A DNA stretch of 64,000 bases. Source: an uncultured Acidobacteriota bacterium (GTDB lineage: Bacteria > Acidobacteriota > Blastocatellia > Pyrinomonadales > Pyrinomonadaceae). A program made the translations under genes and the position numbers. Positions 8,246 through 18,609 of the stretch are shown here, piece by piece (within the stretch, counting starts at the first letter, position 1; every line of letters begins with the position of its first letter). The stretch spans positions 608,698-672,697 of the forward strand of contig CAVRHB010000007.1 in assembly GCA_963720905.1 (NCBI GenBank), given 5' to 3'. Under the pieces are notes generated by a model. It was not told the origin of the DNA. It did no database searches and was given only the letters and a program-made list of their open reading frames with translations.

Positions 8246-9010
8246 ATGTCAGATCCGAGATCAAATAGTGACCTTTTCCGCGCCATACTCGTTATTGCCG
8301 CGACCGTTGGAACGATCGCTGTGAATTTCATGGCATCAACCGGTAAATTCGGCGGCGTTTCCGTCGAAGCGATATCCGCCAAATATCCGACGCCAATTAC
8401 GCCCTCAGGGTTTGCTTTTACTATTTGGAGCCTGATCTATTTAGGGCTGCTGGCTTTCAGCATTTACCAGATCGTCGGTAATAATTTATCACGTTTTCGC
8501 TCGATCCGTTCACTTTATATTCTTAGCTGTGCTCTCAATTGCAGCTGGATATTCTTTTGGGTGCAGGAGAGGATCGATATCTCGTTCGTCATTATAGCGG
8601 CGCTTTTTCTAGTGCTTCTACTTATAAATTCGAGAAGCAATTCACCAAAAAACTATGCGGAATATTGGTCGGTCAAAGCACCATTTGGGCTTTATTTCGG
8701 TTGGGTGACCGCAGCGACCCTCGTGAATCTGGCGGTGCTTTTAACAAGCGTTAACCGACCGATCTCAAGCATTATCGGAGCTTTATTCATACTGGCCGCC
8801 GCCGCGATGGGCATTTTGATCCGCGTAAAATTTACCAGTTATTTATTTCCGCTAGCTGTCGCCTGGGCAGCGACCGGCATCGCCGTTAAACAAAGCGGCG
8901 ACACATGGATCGTCGTCGCATCGGCCGCAGCCGTCGTCGCATGTCTTATATCCGCAATGAGTTTTGTCACAAAATTGCAGACGCGTGCCGAACAGATGGC
9001 AAACGAATAA
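8246..9010 (+). CDS. TspO/MBR-related tryptophan-rich integral membrane protein (family assignment tentative).
   Basis: 254 aa with about 7 transmembrane segments. Motifs YPTPITPSGFAFTIWSLIYLGLL and PFGLYFGWVTAATLVN resemble this family. Confidence 0.55.
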   Translation: MSDPRSNSDLFRAILVIAATVGTIAVNFMASTGKFGGVSVEAISAKYPTPITPSGFAFTIWSLIYLGLLAFSIYQIVGNNLSRFRSIRSLYILSCALNCSWIFFWVQERIDISFVIIAALFLVLLLINSRSNSPKNYAEYWSVKAPFGLYFGWVTAATLVNLAVLLTSVNRPISSIIGALFILAAAAMGILIRVKFTSYLFPLAVAWAATGIAVKQSGDTWIVVASAAAVVACLISAMSFVTKLQTRAEQMANE

Positions 9011-9022
9011 ATTGACCCTTTT

Positions 9023-10528
9023 ATGAACGAAGGCAAGATCTGCGTTTCCGTTATCGGTCAAACCGCCGAAGATCTGTTGGCGAAAGTCGAAGCCGCGGGC
9101 AAAGTCGCCGATATTGTGGAGGTTCGGGCCGATGACTTGGATCCGGCCGAGCTTTCACCACTCTTCGAAAAGCTTTCTTCGGATAAGGTGCTTATTATTA
9201 CTTTTCGCCCTAGATCACAAGGCGGAAGATCACCGGCCGATTTTAATCAGCGTCTTAATTTTTGGATGTCGGTCTATTCCCAATATCATCACGATTCGGA
9301 CACGACTTGGTTCGATAATGAATTGGATCTGCGGGCCGGTCTCGAATGGCCGTCATCGACTGTGGTGGTACGTTCGCATCATGATCTTGAAAATGTGCCG
9401 AACAACATCGATGAACTTTACGATTCCGTTCCGCAACACGAAACCTTCAAGATGGCTTATACCTCTTCCGAAATCACCGACGCCATACCTGTTTTTCAAG
9501 TTTTGGTCCGAGCACGAAAAGATGGCAAACGCCTAGTTCCCATCGCGATGGGCGAAAGCGGAAAGATAACGCGAATTTTAGGACTAGCACACGGAGCAGC
9601 TTTTACGTTCGCTTCACTCGATCCCGGCAAGGAAACCGCCCCCGGGCAGATAACAGCCGATGAAATGACGCATCTCTATCGGGTGAAAGAACTCGACCGC
9701 GACAGTGAAGTTTACGGTGTTATCGCCGGCGACACGAGTTACTCAATGTCGCCGCATTTGCATAACGCAGCGTTTGCAAACGACAAAGTGAACGCAGTTT
9801 TTGTTCCGCTTCAGGTTCGGTATCTTGGTGCTTTTATTTCACGTATGGTGCGTTGGGAAACTCGAGAGATCGACTTAAATTTCAAAGGTTTTTCGGTAAC
9901 AAATCCCCACAAGCAAGAGATCATAAAATATCTTGATGAGATAGATGAAACCGCCGCCGCGATCGGCGCGGTAAATACGGTAAAGCTCCAAAACGGGAAA
10001 CTACTCGGATACAATACTGATGCGCGTGGTTTTATCGAACCGCTAAAAAATGAAACGGAGCTATCTCGCAAAAAAGTCGCTGTCATCGGAGCCGGCGGTG
10101 CGGCTAGGGCGTGTGTTTTTGCACTTCTACGCGAAAAAGCTGACGTTACAGTTTTCGCCCGCGACAATGAAAAAGCTCGCATCCTCGCAGATGACCTTGG
10201 AGCCGATCACGCTCGTTTTGAGCGCGGCTTAAATTTTGAGGGCTTTGATATAGTAGTTAATGCGACTCCGGTCGGCACGAAAGGTTTCGATCAGACCGAC
10301 AGTTTGATCTCTTCAAATGCACTCTCAGGTGTAAAGATCGTTTACGATCTCACCTACAATCCGGCACGAACAAATTTGCTGATCGAAGCCGAAAATGCCG
10401 GAGCAAAAACCATAAACGGTTTGGAGATGTTGATCGCTCAGGCTGCCGAACAATACAAGATATGGACTGGCAGAACAGCTCCGGTCGATATAATGAAAAG
10501 TGCAGCAACACGCTATCTGAAAATATGA
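9023..10528 (+). CDS. Bifunctional 3-dehydroquinate dehydratase (type I) / shikimate dehydrogenase fusion.
   Basis: The N-terminal half reads ICVSVIGQTAEDLL...IVEVRADDL...MAYTSSE. The C-terminal half reads VYGVIAGDTSYSMSPHLHNAAF...FKGFSVTNPHKQ...GAVNTV...GYNTDARGF...VAVIGAGGAARA. Confidence 0.85.
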   Translation: MNEGKICVSVIGQTAEDLLAKVEAAGKVADIVEVRADDLDPAELSPLFEKLSSDKVLIITFRPRSQGGRSPADFNQRLNFWMSVYSQYHHDSDTTWFDNELDLRAGLEWPSSTVVVRSHHDLENVPNNIDELYDSVPQHETFKMAYTSSEITDAIPVFQVLVRARKDGKRLVPIAMGESGKITRILGLAHGAAFTFASLDPGKETAPGQITADEMTHLYRVKELDRDSEVYGVIAGDTSYSMSPHLHNAAFANDKVNAVFVPLQVRYLGAFISRMVRWETREIDLNFKGFSVTNPHKQEIIKYLDEIDETAAAIGAVNTVKLQNGKLLGYNTDARGFIEPLKNETELSRKKVAVIGAGGAARACVFALLREKADVTVFARDNEKARILADDLGADHARFERGLNFEGFDIVVNATPVGTKGFDQTDSLISSNALSGVKIVYDLTYNPARTNLLIEAENAGAKTINGLEMLIAQAAEQYKIWTGRTAPVDIMKSAATRYLKI

Positions 10529-11244
10529 AACCTCAAGCGTTAAATTGTCCCAATTGCGGAGCGGCAGTTTCGAGCGATAAAACTCAATGCGAATTTTGCA
10601 AAAGCCGCCTGAAAACCATCGGCTGCGAAAAATGCTTAAATTTGATGTTTCTCGGGAATAAATTTTGCGGCCATTGCGGGGCGTCGGCAGTCGCTGCACA
10701 AATATCGGACGAAACCAAATGCGGGAACTGTCCGCGGTGCAAAACGGATCTCGAATTTGTCACTATCGGTTCGAACAATATTCGCGAATGTAATCGGTGC
10801 GGCGGATTTTGGACAAATGCAGCAACATTTGAAAATATCTGCGCAAACCAAGAAGAGCAGTCCGCAGTTCTGACATTTATCGCCAGCGATGCTCATCCGG
10901 ATTCGCATCCGGCGAAGATCAGCTATGTGCCGTGTCCAGATTGTTCCCAGCTAATGAACCGCAGCAATTTCGCCAGATCGTCCGGCGTGATCATCGATAT
11001 GTGCCGAAATCACGGTGTATGGTTCGATGCCGACGAGCTGCCCAAAATAATCGAATTTATTAATAAGGGCGGACTAACGCGTGCACGCGAAAAAGAAAAG
11101 ATCGCACTCGAAGACGAACGCAGAAAACTCCGCGATGACCAACGCAGAATGACCCAAATGGAAAGCCGTTCAGGCGGCGGCCGGTTCGAGAATGGCGACA
11201 ATAGTTCGATCCTGGATGGAATTCTTAGGGTATTTTTTGATTGA
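10525..11244 (+). CDS. Zinc-ribbon protein with TFIIB-type zinc-finger (zf-TFIIB-like) repeats.
   Basis: The start overlaps the aroDE stop (ATGA). CxxC pairs include CPNCGAAV...CEFCKS, CPRCKTDL...CNRCGGFW and CPDCSQLM...CRNHGVWFDADEL. The C-terminal tail is charged. Confidence 0.7.
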   Translation: MKPQALNCPNCGAAVSSDKTQCEFCKSRLKTIGCEKCLNLMFLGNKFCGHCGASAVAAQISDETKCGNCPRCKTDLEFVTIGSNNIRECNRCGGFWTNAATFENICANQEEQSAVLTFIASDAHPDSHPAKISYVPCPDCSQLMNRSNFARSSGVIIDMCRNHGVWFDADELPKIIEFINKGGLTRAREKEKIALEDERRKLRDDQRRMTQMESRSGGGRFENGDNSSILDGILRVFFD

Positions 11245-11266
11245 TTCGTGTGTCAAAATAAGAACA

Positions 11267-12283
11267 ATGAACGAGCGTTACAGCCGACAGATTTTATTTC
11301 AAGAGATCGGAAAAGAAGGCCAGGAACGGCTGGGAAATTCGCGAGTGCTTTTGGTTGGCTGCGGAGCTCTTGGTGCGGCACATACGGAGGCGTTGGCTCG
11401 AGCCGGTGTCGGATCTCTGCGAATAGTTGATCGGGATTTTGTAGAAACGACCAACCTTCAGCGGCAGACGCTTTTTGACGAATCGGACGCAACGCATCGC
11501 GTACCGAAAGCGGCAGCGGCAAAGCGTCGTATTTCAGAAATAAACTCCGCGATAGAAGTTGAACCGGTCATTGCCGATGTGAATAATTCGAACATCGAAT
11601 CACTGATCGAAGGCTGCGATCTTGTCATCGACGGAACCGATAATTTCCAGATCCGTTATCTCGTCAACGACGCGTGTGTGAAGCACAAAAAAACATGGAT
11701 CTACGGCGCGGCCGTTTCCAGTTACGGTTCGACAATGACAATAATTCCCGGCGAAACGCCTTGTTTGCGATGCATTTTCGAAGAAATGCCGCCAGCCGGT
11801 TCGGCTCCGACATGCGATACGGCCGGCGTGATCATGCCGATCATCACCTCGATCTCGGCTGTTCAAGTCACCGAAGCATTAAAACTTCTCACAGGCAACC
11901 AAAAGGATCTGCATCGTTCGCTAATGCAGATAGATGTTTGGAACAACATTTCGACAAAGATAAAACTCGGCAAACCCGAACCGGATTGCATTACTTGCGG
12001 TAAGCATATTTTTGAGTTTCTCGATTCCGAAACACCCGAATTTTCGGCTGTGCTGTGTGGAAGAAACGCGGTCCAGATCGCACCACCGACAACCGAGATA
12101 GACCTCGATCAATTGGCCGACCGGATCAAATTTATTACATCTGTAAATCAAAACGAATACCTACTTCGTTTTAGCACCGATGGTTTGGAAGTAACAGTTT
12201 TCCGCGACGGCCGTGCGATAATTCGCGGAACTGACGATACCACAGTTGCTCGATCCGTGTATGCCAAATATATCGGCACTTAG
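11267..12283 (+). CDS. ThiF/MoeB/HesA-family E1-like adenylyltransferase with a C-terminal extension.
   Basis: Motifs MNERYSRQILFQEIGKEGQERLGNSRVLLVGCGALGA...IVDRDFVETTNLQRQ...DGTDNF and the CxxC pairs CLRC and CITC are present. The tail reads VTVFRDGRAIIRGT. Confidence 0.8.
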   Translation: MNERYSRQILFQEIGKEGQERLGNSRVLLVGCGALGAAHTEALARAGVGSLRIVDRDFVETTNLQRQTLFDESDATHRVPKAAAAKRRISEINSAIEVEPVIADVNNSNIESLIEGCDLVIDGTDNFQIRYLVNDACVKHKKTWIYGAAVSSYGSTMTIIPGETPCLRCIFEEMPPAGSAPTCDTAGVIMPIITSISAVQVTEALKLLTGNQKDLHRSLMQIDVWNNISTKIKLGKPEPDCITCGKHIFEFLDSETPEFSAVLCGRNAVQIAPPTTEIDLDQLADRIKFITSVNQNEYLLRFSTDGLEVTVFRDGRAIIRGTDDTTVARSVYAKYIGT

Positions 12284-12291
12284 GAGCTTTT

Positions 12292-12885
12292 ATGAAAGTT
12301 TTTTCCATTATATCGACTTTTGCTTTTCTCATAATGGTTCAGGGCCTGCATGCTCAAACCAACGATTTTGATTACTTGGAAATATCGAAAAATACAGTTA
12401 GATCTACACACGGAACCAACTACAAGATTAAGGTCGATCGATCCTTTAAACTGCTAGGGGAATTTTCCCATCAACCAACATATGGCGAGAATCAATTCAA
12501 TGTTTCTTTCGCAGCATATTCCGACGAAAACAATTTGATAATGATCCATGCCGAAAAGCACACGGACGGATCAGGCGGACTTGATTACAGCGAACTATCA
12601 CCGACCGAACTTAATGGCATTAAATTCACCTCTAGAACCCAATGCGCCGAGCCCGAAGATGACGCCGAACTCGAAGCGAACCCGGAAATACTTTTCGTGC
12701 GCAAGCAAGGCTTCGCTCTAAAAACGCCATTTTTCATTAAGCAATATTTTGTGACCGACGTGGCTGGAACTGCGGAAGTCGTCATAAGCTATGGCAGAGC
12801 CGTCAGTGACTGTTCCAAACTGCCAGATAAATTCGAACAGGAATTAGTAAAGGAGATCTCGAACAAGATACGCGTTAGTAGATAG
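12292..12885 (+). CDS. Secreted hypothetical protein.
   Basis: 197 aa. The signal peptide is MKVFSIISTFAFLIMVQGLHAQ. I recognise no family. Confidence 0.5.
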   Translation: MKVFSIISTFAFLIMVQGLHAQTNDFDYLEISKNTVRSTHGTNYKIKVDRSFKLLGEFSHQPTYGENQFNVSFAAYSDENNLIMIHAEKHTDGSGGLDYSELSPTELNGIKFTSRTQCAEPEDDAELEANPEILFVRKQGFALKTPFFIKQYFVTDVAGTAEVVISYGRAVSDCSKLPDKFEQELVKEISNKIRVSR

Positions 12886-12928
12886 GACCCTAACTTGTCA
12901 TAATTGGTTGTTATCTTCGAGGTTATTA

Positions 12929-14272
12929 ATGAAAGAGCCTAGGAAAAAAGTTGCGATCATCGGCGGTGGTTTTGGCGGCCTTTCGGCGGCAAAGGCATTG
13001 GCTCGCACGAACGCAGACGTGATCTTGATAGACCGCAAAAATCACCATACTTTTCAGCCGCTTTTATATCAGGTTGCGACGGCCGTTCTTTCGCCCGGTG
13101 AGATCGCGTCGCCGATCCGCCGAATTCTTCACCGATTTGAAAATATCGAGGTCGTGTTGGGTGAGGTCGATGGCTTTGATACATCTGATAAAACTATCCA
13201 TCTCGAAGACGGAACGAAAGTCCCATACGATTATTTGATCGTCGCCGCCGGAGCTAGGCATTCATATTTTGGCCACGACAATTGGGAAGCGGCAGCTCCG
13301 GGTTTGAAAACTATCGAAGACGCTCTTGAAATGCGGCGGCGGATCTTGCTCGCGTTCGAATTCGCCGAAAGGCAGGCTTATCTAACCGGCACGCATGATC
13401 CGATCACCTTTGTCGTTGTCGGTGCCGGACCAACCGGCGTCGAGCTTGCCGGCGCTATCGCCGACATTACTCGAAAAGTCCTCGCTGAAGATTTCGAGAT
13501 TATCGATACCACCAAAGCACGCGTGCTTTTATTCGAAGGCTCTGATCGCGTTCTCGGAACTTTCGACAAATCGCTTTCTGAAAGTGCGAAGCAGCAGCTT
13601 GAGGATATCGGCGTCGAAGTTTTCCTAAACAGTTTCGTAACCGAAATTGATAACGGTCGTGTAAAGGTTGGCGACGATTGGTATGAATGCGACGTTGTCC
13701 TTTGGGCAACCGGGGTTGCCGCTTCGCCGATCGGGAAAGCTCTCGGCGTCGAAACCGACAAAGCCGGACGTGTTTTTGTCGAACCCGACCTTAGCATCCC
13801 CGGCGATAAGAATGTTTTTGTGATCGGTGATATGGCCTCGATCGAACAGGCCGACGGTTCGCCTGTACCCGGAGTCAGCCCAGCAGCGATGCAGATGGGT
13901 GAACTCGCCGCTAAAAACATTCTGAACGACATCAAAGGTAAGCCGCGAACTGATTTCATTTATAACGATAAAGGCTCGCTCGCGACTATTGGGAAAAGCA
14001 AAGCTATTGCCGACATCAAGGGCTGGCGATTCAGCGGCTTTGTTGCGTGGATGCTTTGGTTGATGGTGCATATTTTATTTTTGATCGGTTTCCGAAATCG
14101 ATTGTCCGTTCTGGCAGCGTGGCTGTGGGCGTATCTCACACGAGGCCGAAGTTCGCTGCTTATCACCGGCGATGCAGAAGATCTGCGTGATGCGGTCGCC
14201 TTTATGGAAGGCGAAAATGCAGGAAAACTAATGGACAAGATCGCCGAAAGAACACATCCGAAAAAGAAATAG
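12929..14272 (+). CDS. ndh: Type II NADH dehydrogenase (NDH-2).
   Basis: Motifs KKVAIIGGGFGGLSAAKAL...HHTFQPLLYQVAT...VVVGAGPTGVELAG...FVIGDMA are present. There is a C-terminal membrane-anchoring helix. Confidence 0.85.
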   Translation: MKEPRKKVAIIGGGFGGLSAAKALARTNADVILIDRKNHHTFQPLLYQVATAVLSPGEIASPIRRILHRFENIEVVLGEVDGFDTSDKTIHLEDGTKVPYDYLIVAAGARHSYFGHDNWEAAAPGLKTIEDALEMRRRILLAFEFAERQAYLTGTHDPITFVVVGAGPTGVELAGAIADITRKVLAEDFEIIDTTKARVLLFEGSDRVLGTFDKSLSESAKQQLEDIGVEVFLNSFVTEIDNGRVKVGDDWYECDVVLWATGVAASPIGKALGVETDKAGRVFVEPDLSIPGDKNVFVIGDMASIEQADGSPVPGVSPAAMQMGELAAKNILNDIKGKPRTDFIYNDKGSLATIGKSKAIADIKGWRFSGFVAWMLWLMVHILFLIGFRNRLSVLAAWLWAYLTRGRSSLLITGDAEDLRDAVAFMEGENAGKLMDKIAERTHPKKK

Positions 14273-14354
14273 TTCGAATAAATTGTTGAAAGCTTCGTTT
14301 TTTGATTAAATAGCAAAGTCAGATCAAATCCTATTACCGGCAGGAAAATTGAAT

Positions 14355-14840
14355 ATGTTCGAACAATATAATGGCCAAGCGGCGGCTTCCGCTTCCGAAG
14401 ACACGATCGAACTTCAGCAAAAGCTTTCTTCGGGTGCTAACTGGTTCTACTGGATCGCCGGTCTTTCTATTGTCAATTCTCTTTTTAATTTTTTTGAGGC
14501 TCAGTGGAACTTCGCGATCGGCCTTGGAATTACACAGTTTTTCGACGCTATCGGTGTGTATCTGCGTTCCGAAGGTGCGAGTCAAATGATCTCAGTCGGC
14601 ATTTTTGTCATTGCACTGGTAATTGCCGGTTTATTCTTCGTGCTCGGCGTTTTTGCCAATCGCCGGATCTTGACGGCTTTCGTTTTCGGGATCGTACTTT
14701 ACTTTGCCGACGGAATTTTAATGTTATATTTTGGCGATATTCTCGGGATCATAATCCATGTTGTCGCTTTGATCTTTATTATCAGAGGCTTTCTCGCCGC
14801 TCGACAGCTCGCAAAATTTGTACCTCCGCCAAGTATCTAA
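14355..14840 (+). CDS. Integral membrane protein (hypothetical).
   Basis: About 4 hydrophobic helices, for example WFYWIAGLSIVNSLF, ISVGIFVIALVIAGLFFVLGVF and GIIIHVVALIFIIRGF. The stop abuts the next gene's start. Confidence 0.5.
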   Translation: MFEQYNGQAAASASEDTIELQQKLSSGANWFYWIAGLSIVNSLFNFFEAQWNFAIGLGITQFFDAIGVYLRSEGASQMISVGIFVIALVIAGLFFVLGVFANRRILTAFVFGIVLYFADGILMLYFGDILGIIIHVVALIFIIRGFLAARQLAKFVPPPSI

Positions 14841-16985
14841 ATGAAATTTTATATAACTCGAATTATCTTCGCCGCCGCTCTTTTAACGATCGCGGCACCG
14901 CTTTTTTGTTCTGCACAAACCAGTATTTGGACGATAAATTCACGGGACGAGGTGATCAAAGGCGACGCGAACGGAGTTTCGATCGCTTCAAATGGAGCTA
15001 TTACGCCTGCTCCACAACTCGCTGAGGTTTTTGGGACCGGTCAAGCCTACGTCTGGTCTTCGGCGATAGATCGATCTGGAAACGTCTATCTCGGAACCGG
15101 CGGCGAAGGACGCATCTATAAAGTTTCATCGGACGGCAAAAGCTCGCTTTTCTGCGATCTTGCTGAGTTGAATGTCTCAGCTCTTGTGATCGGAAAAAAC
15201 AACGACCTTTTCGCCGCAAGCTCCCCTGACGGCAAAGTTTATCAGATCGACAGCTCTGGCAAAGCGACTCCATATTTCGATCCGAAAGAAAAATATATTT
15301 GGTCGATGGCGATACTAAAAGATGGCAGTCTCGCCGTCGGTACCGGCGAAGGCGGAAAAATATTTCGCGTAAAAACGGCAAACTCCTCACCCACAGATTC
15401 GCTCTTTTATGATTCAAGCGAATCGCACATTATAAAACTCGCGACAGATAATAGTGGCGTCCTTTATGCAGGAACCGATTCGAGCGGTTTGGTACTGCGA
15501 CTTGATGATCAGGGTAATGCGTTCGCTGTTCTCGATTCGCCGCTTCGCGAGATTCACGACATTGCATTTTCGCCTGACGGTTCTGCATATGTTCTGGCTG
15601 TGGGCGAATCGGCTGCGGCTGCGGCAACTCCGGCCGCAACACCTACACCGGCCGCCCCGGCTAAAGCCACCGCACCTAAGGGCAAAAGGCCTGCCGCCGT
15701 TCCGGCTGTAAAAAGCCGTTACGACCTGACATCTGCAAGATCCGCTGTTTATAAACTCGAGCCTTCGGGTTCGGACCGCATCATCTGGTCGTCGTCCGAT
15801 GTCGTCGGATTTTCTCTTAGTGCGCCTGAGAACGGCCACGTTCTGCTCGGCACTTCCGACAAAGGCCGGATCTACCGCATCGCAAACGACGGTAGCGAAA
15901 CCCTTCTGCTCCAATCGAACGCGGGACAGATATCGACTCTAAAAATCTCGGGGAAAACGATCTTTGCAACATCAAGCAATGACGGAAGGCTTTTCCGTTT
16001 TGGTTCAGAAACTGTCGATCAAGGCAATTATGAATCACCGGTTTTGGATGCCGGTTCGTTTGCCGGTTGGGGACGTATTTGGTGGAATGCATCCGGGAAC
16101 GTTCAAATTCAAACCCGCAGCGGAAACACCGAAAAACCCGAAGCGACCTGGAGCAAATGGTCGGATGTTCCTGTGACAGACCGCTCTGCTCAGATCACGA
16201 GTCCGGCGGCTCAATTCCTTCAGTGGCGTGCGATATTGAAATCCGGAACTTCGCTCGGCGAAGTGAACGTCGCTTATCTCGCAAAAAATATCGCACCCGA
16301 AGTTTTGACACTCAATATTTTGCCCACGAATATAGGCCTCGCCGCAAATCCGCCGGTTCCTATCGATCCTAATATAGCAAGCTCGGGTTTAGACCCGCAG
16401 GATTTTGGTTTATCGACAGCGATCGCTCCGCCGCGAAAGATATATCAGCGCGGTGCGATATCGATCCAATGGACGGCCGAAGACCGAAACGATGATAAGC
16501 TTGTTTACGATGTTCTTTACAAAGGTTCTGGCGACAGCGTTTACAAACCGCTCGCGACCGACATTCGCGAGAATTTTTACACTCTCGACGGACTTGCATT
16601 GGCGGACGGACAATATACTGTAAAGATCCTCGCACGCGATATTTTGTCGAATCCCGCCGATGCGGCCCTTGCGGGCGAAAAGATCAGTGAGCCGTTCGAC
16701 ATCGATAACAGCCAACCGGTCGTTACAGTTATAGGACAGCCGGATGTCAGAAACGGCCTAGCGGTAATAAAATTCAAGGCCGAGGACCGCAGCGGATATA
16801 TTGTTCGGGCGGAATACAGCGTCAATGGGGGCGAATGGAAGACGGCTTTACCGGACGATGGTATTTCGGATTCGTCTGAGGAAATTTATACGATCAAAGC
16901 GGTTGCAGGAGCTGAAACGAGTGTCACGTTGCGGGTCTTTGATGCAAACGGCAACGTCGGCAACGGACGAGCCATAGTTAAATAG
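14841..16985 (+). CDS. Large secreted beta-propeller-repeat protein (hypothetical).
   Basis: The signal peptide is MKFYITRIIFAAALLTIAAPLFCSAQ. Recurring units include GEGRIYKVSSDGK, PDGKVYQIDSSGK, EGGKIFRV, DKGRIYRIANDGS and NDGRLFRF. An Ala/Pro linker AAAAATPAATPTPAAPAKATAP is present. Confidence 0.55.
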   Translation: MKFYITRIIFAAALLTIAAPLFCSAQTSIWTINSRDEVIKGDANGVSIASNGAITPAPQLAEVFGTGQAYVWSSAIDRSGNVYLGTGGEGRIYKVSSDGKSSLFCDLAELNVSALVIGKNNDLFAASSPDGKVYQIDSSGKATPYFDPKEKYIWSMAILKDGSLAVGTGEGGKIFRVKTANSSPTDSLFYDSSESHIIKLATDNSGVLYAGTDSSGLVLRLDDQGNAFAVLDSPLREIHDIAFSPDGSAYVLAVGESAAAAATPAATPTPAAPAKATAPKGKRPAAVPAVKSRYDLTSARSAVYKLEPSGSDRIIWSSSDVVGFSLSAPENGHVLLGTSDKGRIYRIANDGSETLLLQSNAGQISTLKISGKTIFATSSNDGRLFRFGSETVDQGNYESPVLDAGSFAGWGRIWWNASGNVQIQTRSGNTEKPEATWSKWSDVPVTDRSAQITSPAAQFLQWRAILKSGTSLGEVNVAYLAKNIAPEVLTLNILPTNIGLAANPPVPIDPNIASSGLDPQDFGLSTAIAPPRKIYQRGAISIQWTAEDRNDDKLVYDVLYKGSGDSVYKPLATDIRENFYTLDGLALADGQYTVKILARDILSNPADAALAGEKISEPFDIDNSQPVVTVIGQPDVRNGLAVIKFKAEDRSGYIVRAEYSVNGGEWKTALPDDGISDSSEEIYTIKAVAGAETSVTLRVFDANGNVGNGRAIVK

Positions 16986-16996
16986 AGGAGATTAAA

Positions 16997-17257
16997 ATGG
17001 ACGAGATCAAAGAAGGGACAGCGGTAAAATGCGGAATATGTAATCGCGATACGACGGTAAAATTTGCCACCGACCGCGAAGGCAAGATGGCCTACGACCT
17101 AAATTGTCAGCACCGTAACACGATATGCGAAAAATGCGGCAATATGGTGCGTGATGCAAGCGATGATATTGCTAAGGCTGTCGCCCATTGCGAAGATTGC
17201 GACGGTTCTTATTACGAAGATGAAGAAGATGAGGAAGAAGCCGAAGCTGCGGCTTAG
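16997..17257 (+). CDS. Small Cys-rich (zinc-ribbon-like) protein with an acidic tail.
   Basis: 86 aa. Contains CGICNRD...CQH...CEKCGN...CEDCDG and ends YYEDEEDEEEAEAAA. Confidence 0.45.
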   Translation: MDEIKEGTAVKCGICNRDTTVKFATDREGKMAYDLNCQHRNTICEKCGNMVRDASDDIAKAVAHCEDCDGSYYEDEEDEEEAEAAA

Positions 17258-17784
17258 GCGTCGTCTTCTTCTAAAAAGGTTTTCTTCTCTGCTTTTTCCA
17301 GGTCGAGCAAGCGGGTCGTGCCTTCGGTGACGCTCGGCGGAACGAGATCGCCGGTTCTATAATTTATATTCGGTTCAATAAAATCGGCCCGCTGAGGTGG
17401 TAGGTCCCGCTGTTCCGATCCGCCAAGATTAACTGTCGCCGGGCGAAACCCCAATTTCTGCTCCTGTTCCCGGCGGCGAAGCTGCATGAATTGCGCGACG
17501 CCCGTTCCAATACACGCGAAAGCTGGTATCAGCATCCAAAACCACCAACCTCGTCCCGAACCGCTGAAAGCCAATATGATCGAAATGATCAGAAATGCCA
17601 GGCCCGTAAAGAAAGTAGATACAGCTCCTTCCCACCTGATCGGTTTACCTTTTTTATCGACCAGCGGCGTTTGATCTATACGGCCGGTTGCCAATGCCTT
17701 TGAAACATTATCAAGATCAGTTCCGCAGCTTCGGCAATAGATACCCGTGTCGGGATTTTGTTTTCCGCATTTTGGACAATACAT
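17254..17784 (-). CDS. Zinc-ribbon domain membrane protein.
   Basis: MYCPKCGKQNPDTGIYCRSCG is followed by two transmembrane helices, FFTGLAFLIISIILAF and WWFWMLIPAFACIGTGVAQF. Confidence 0.6.
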   Translation of the reverse strand: MYCPKCGKQNPDTGIYCRSCGTDLDNVSKALATGRIDQTPLVDKKGKPIRWEGAVSTFFTGLAFLIISIILAFSGSGRGWWFWMLIPAFACIGTGVAQFMQLRRREQEQKLGFRPATVNLGGSEQRDLPPQRADFIEPNINYRTGDLVPPSVTEGTTRLLDLEKAEKKTFLEEDDA

Positions 17785-17787
17785 AAT

Positions 17788-18609
17788 TTAATCGGCACGT
17801 TCATTGCGCTGCCGGCGAGCTTCAAAAAGGATTACGCCCGCAGCGACCGAAACGTTCAGTGATTCTATCTTTCCATACATCGGAATTTTCACCAAGGCGT
17901 CGCAGTTTTCCGAGATCAAACGGTGCAGACCGCTTCCCTCGCTGCCTAATACAAGCGCCGTCGGCTGTGTCCAATCCCATTCGGTGTAATCCATTTTTGC
18001 ACCACCGCCTGCACCAACAACCCAAACATTTCGCGACTTCAGATCTTCGATCAGTCGGTTCAAGTTCGTGACCTTCGCAACTTTTACATATTCCGAAGCA
18101 CCTGCGGACGATTTAGCGACCGTTTCCGTCAATCCAACAGCACGCCGGTCCGGAATAACGACACCATCGCCCCCCGCACATTCAACCGTTCGCAAGATCG
18201 CACCTAAATTGCGCGGATCTTCGATGCCGTCGAGAATAACGAATAGCGGATTCTCATCAGCGTGCTCAAATATAGCGTCTATATCAACATATTCCGCCGC
18301 CGCCGCGAAAGCGACAATTCCCTGATGATTCGAGCCCGATTCCACCAAACGGTCTAGATTCTCACGCGTAACTTTGTTTACCGGAATTCCGTTTTCGCGG
18401 GCGAGCCCAACAATATCCGAAAGCCTTTTTTCACCCGCTCCTTCGGCGATAGTTATTTTCTCGATCCGCCGTGAGTTCGCTCGCAAAGCTTCAAGTACCG
18501 GCAGAACGCCGAAGATCACTCCTTGAGCGTTCGGTTTTTCGTCGTGAGAATGTCGCTTTGGCTGAGCTTCGCGTGGTTTTCGATTGTGAGGTTTTGATCT
18601 AGGCTTCAT
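17788..18609 (-). CDS. rlmB: TrmH/SpoU-family 23S rRNA 2'-O-methyltransferase (RlmB-like).
   Basis: Motifs ILDGIEDPRNLGAILRTVECAG...ALVLGSEGSGL...IPMYGKIESLNVSVAAGVILFE are present. The N-terminal extension is basic. Confidence 0.75.
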   Translation of the reverse strand: MKPRSKPHNRKPREAQPKRHSHDEKPNAQGVIFGVLPVLEALRANSRRIEKITIAEGAGEKRLSDIVGLARENGIPVNKVTRENLDRLVESGSNHQGIVAFAAAAEYVDIDAIFEHADENPLFVILDGIEDPRNLGAILRTVECAGGDGVVIPDRRAVGLTETVAKSSAGASEYVKVAKVTNLNRLIEDLKSRNVWVVGAGGGAKMDYTEWDWTQPTALVLGSEGSGLHRLISENCDALVKIPMYGKIESLNVSVAAGVILFEARRQRNERAD

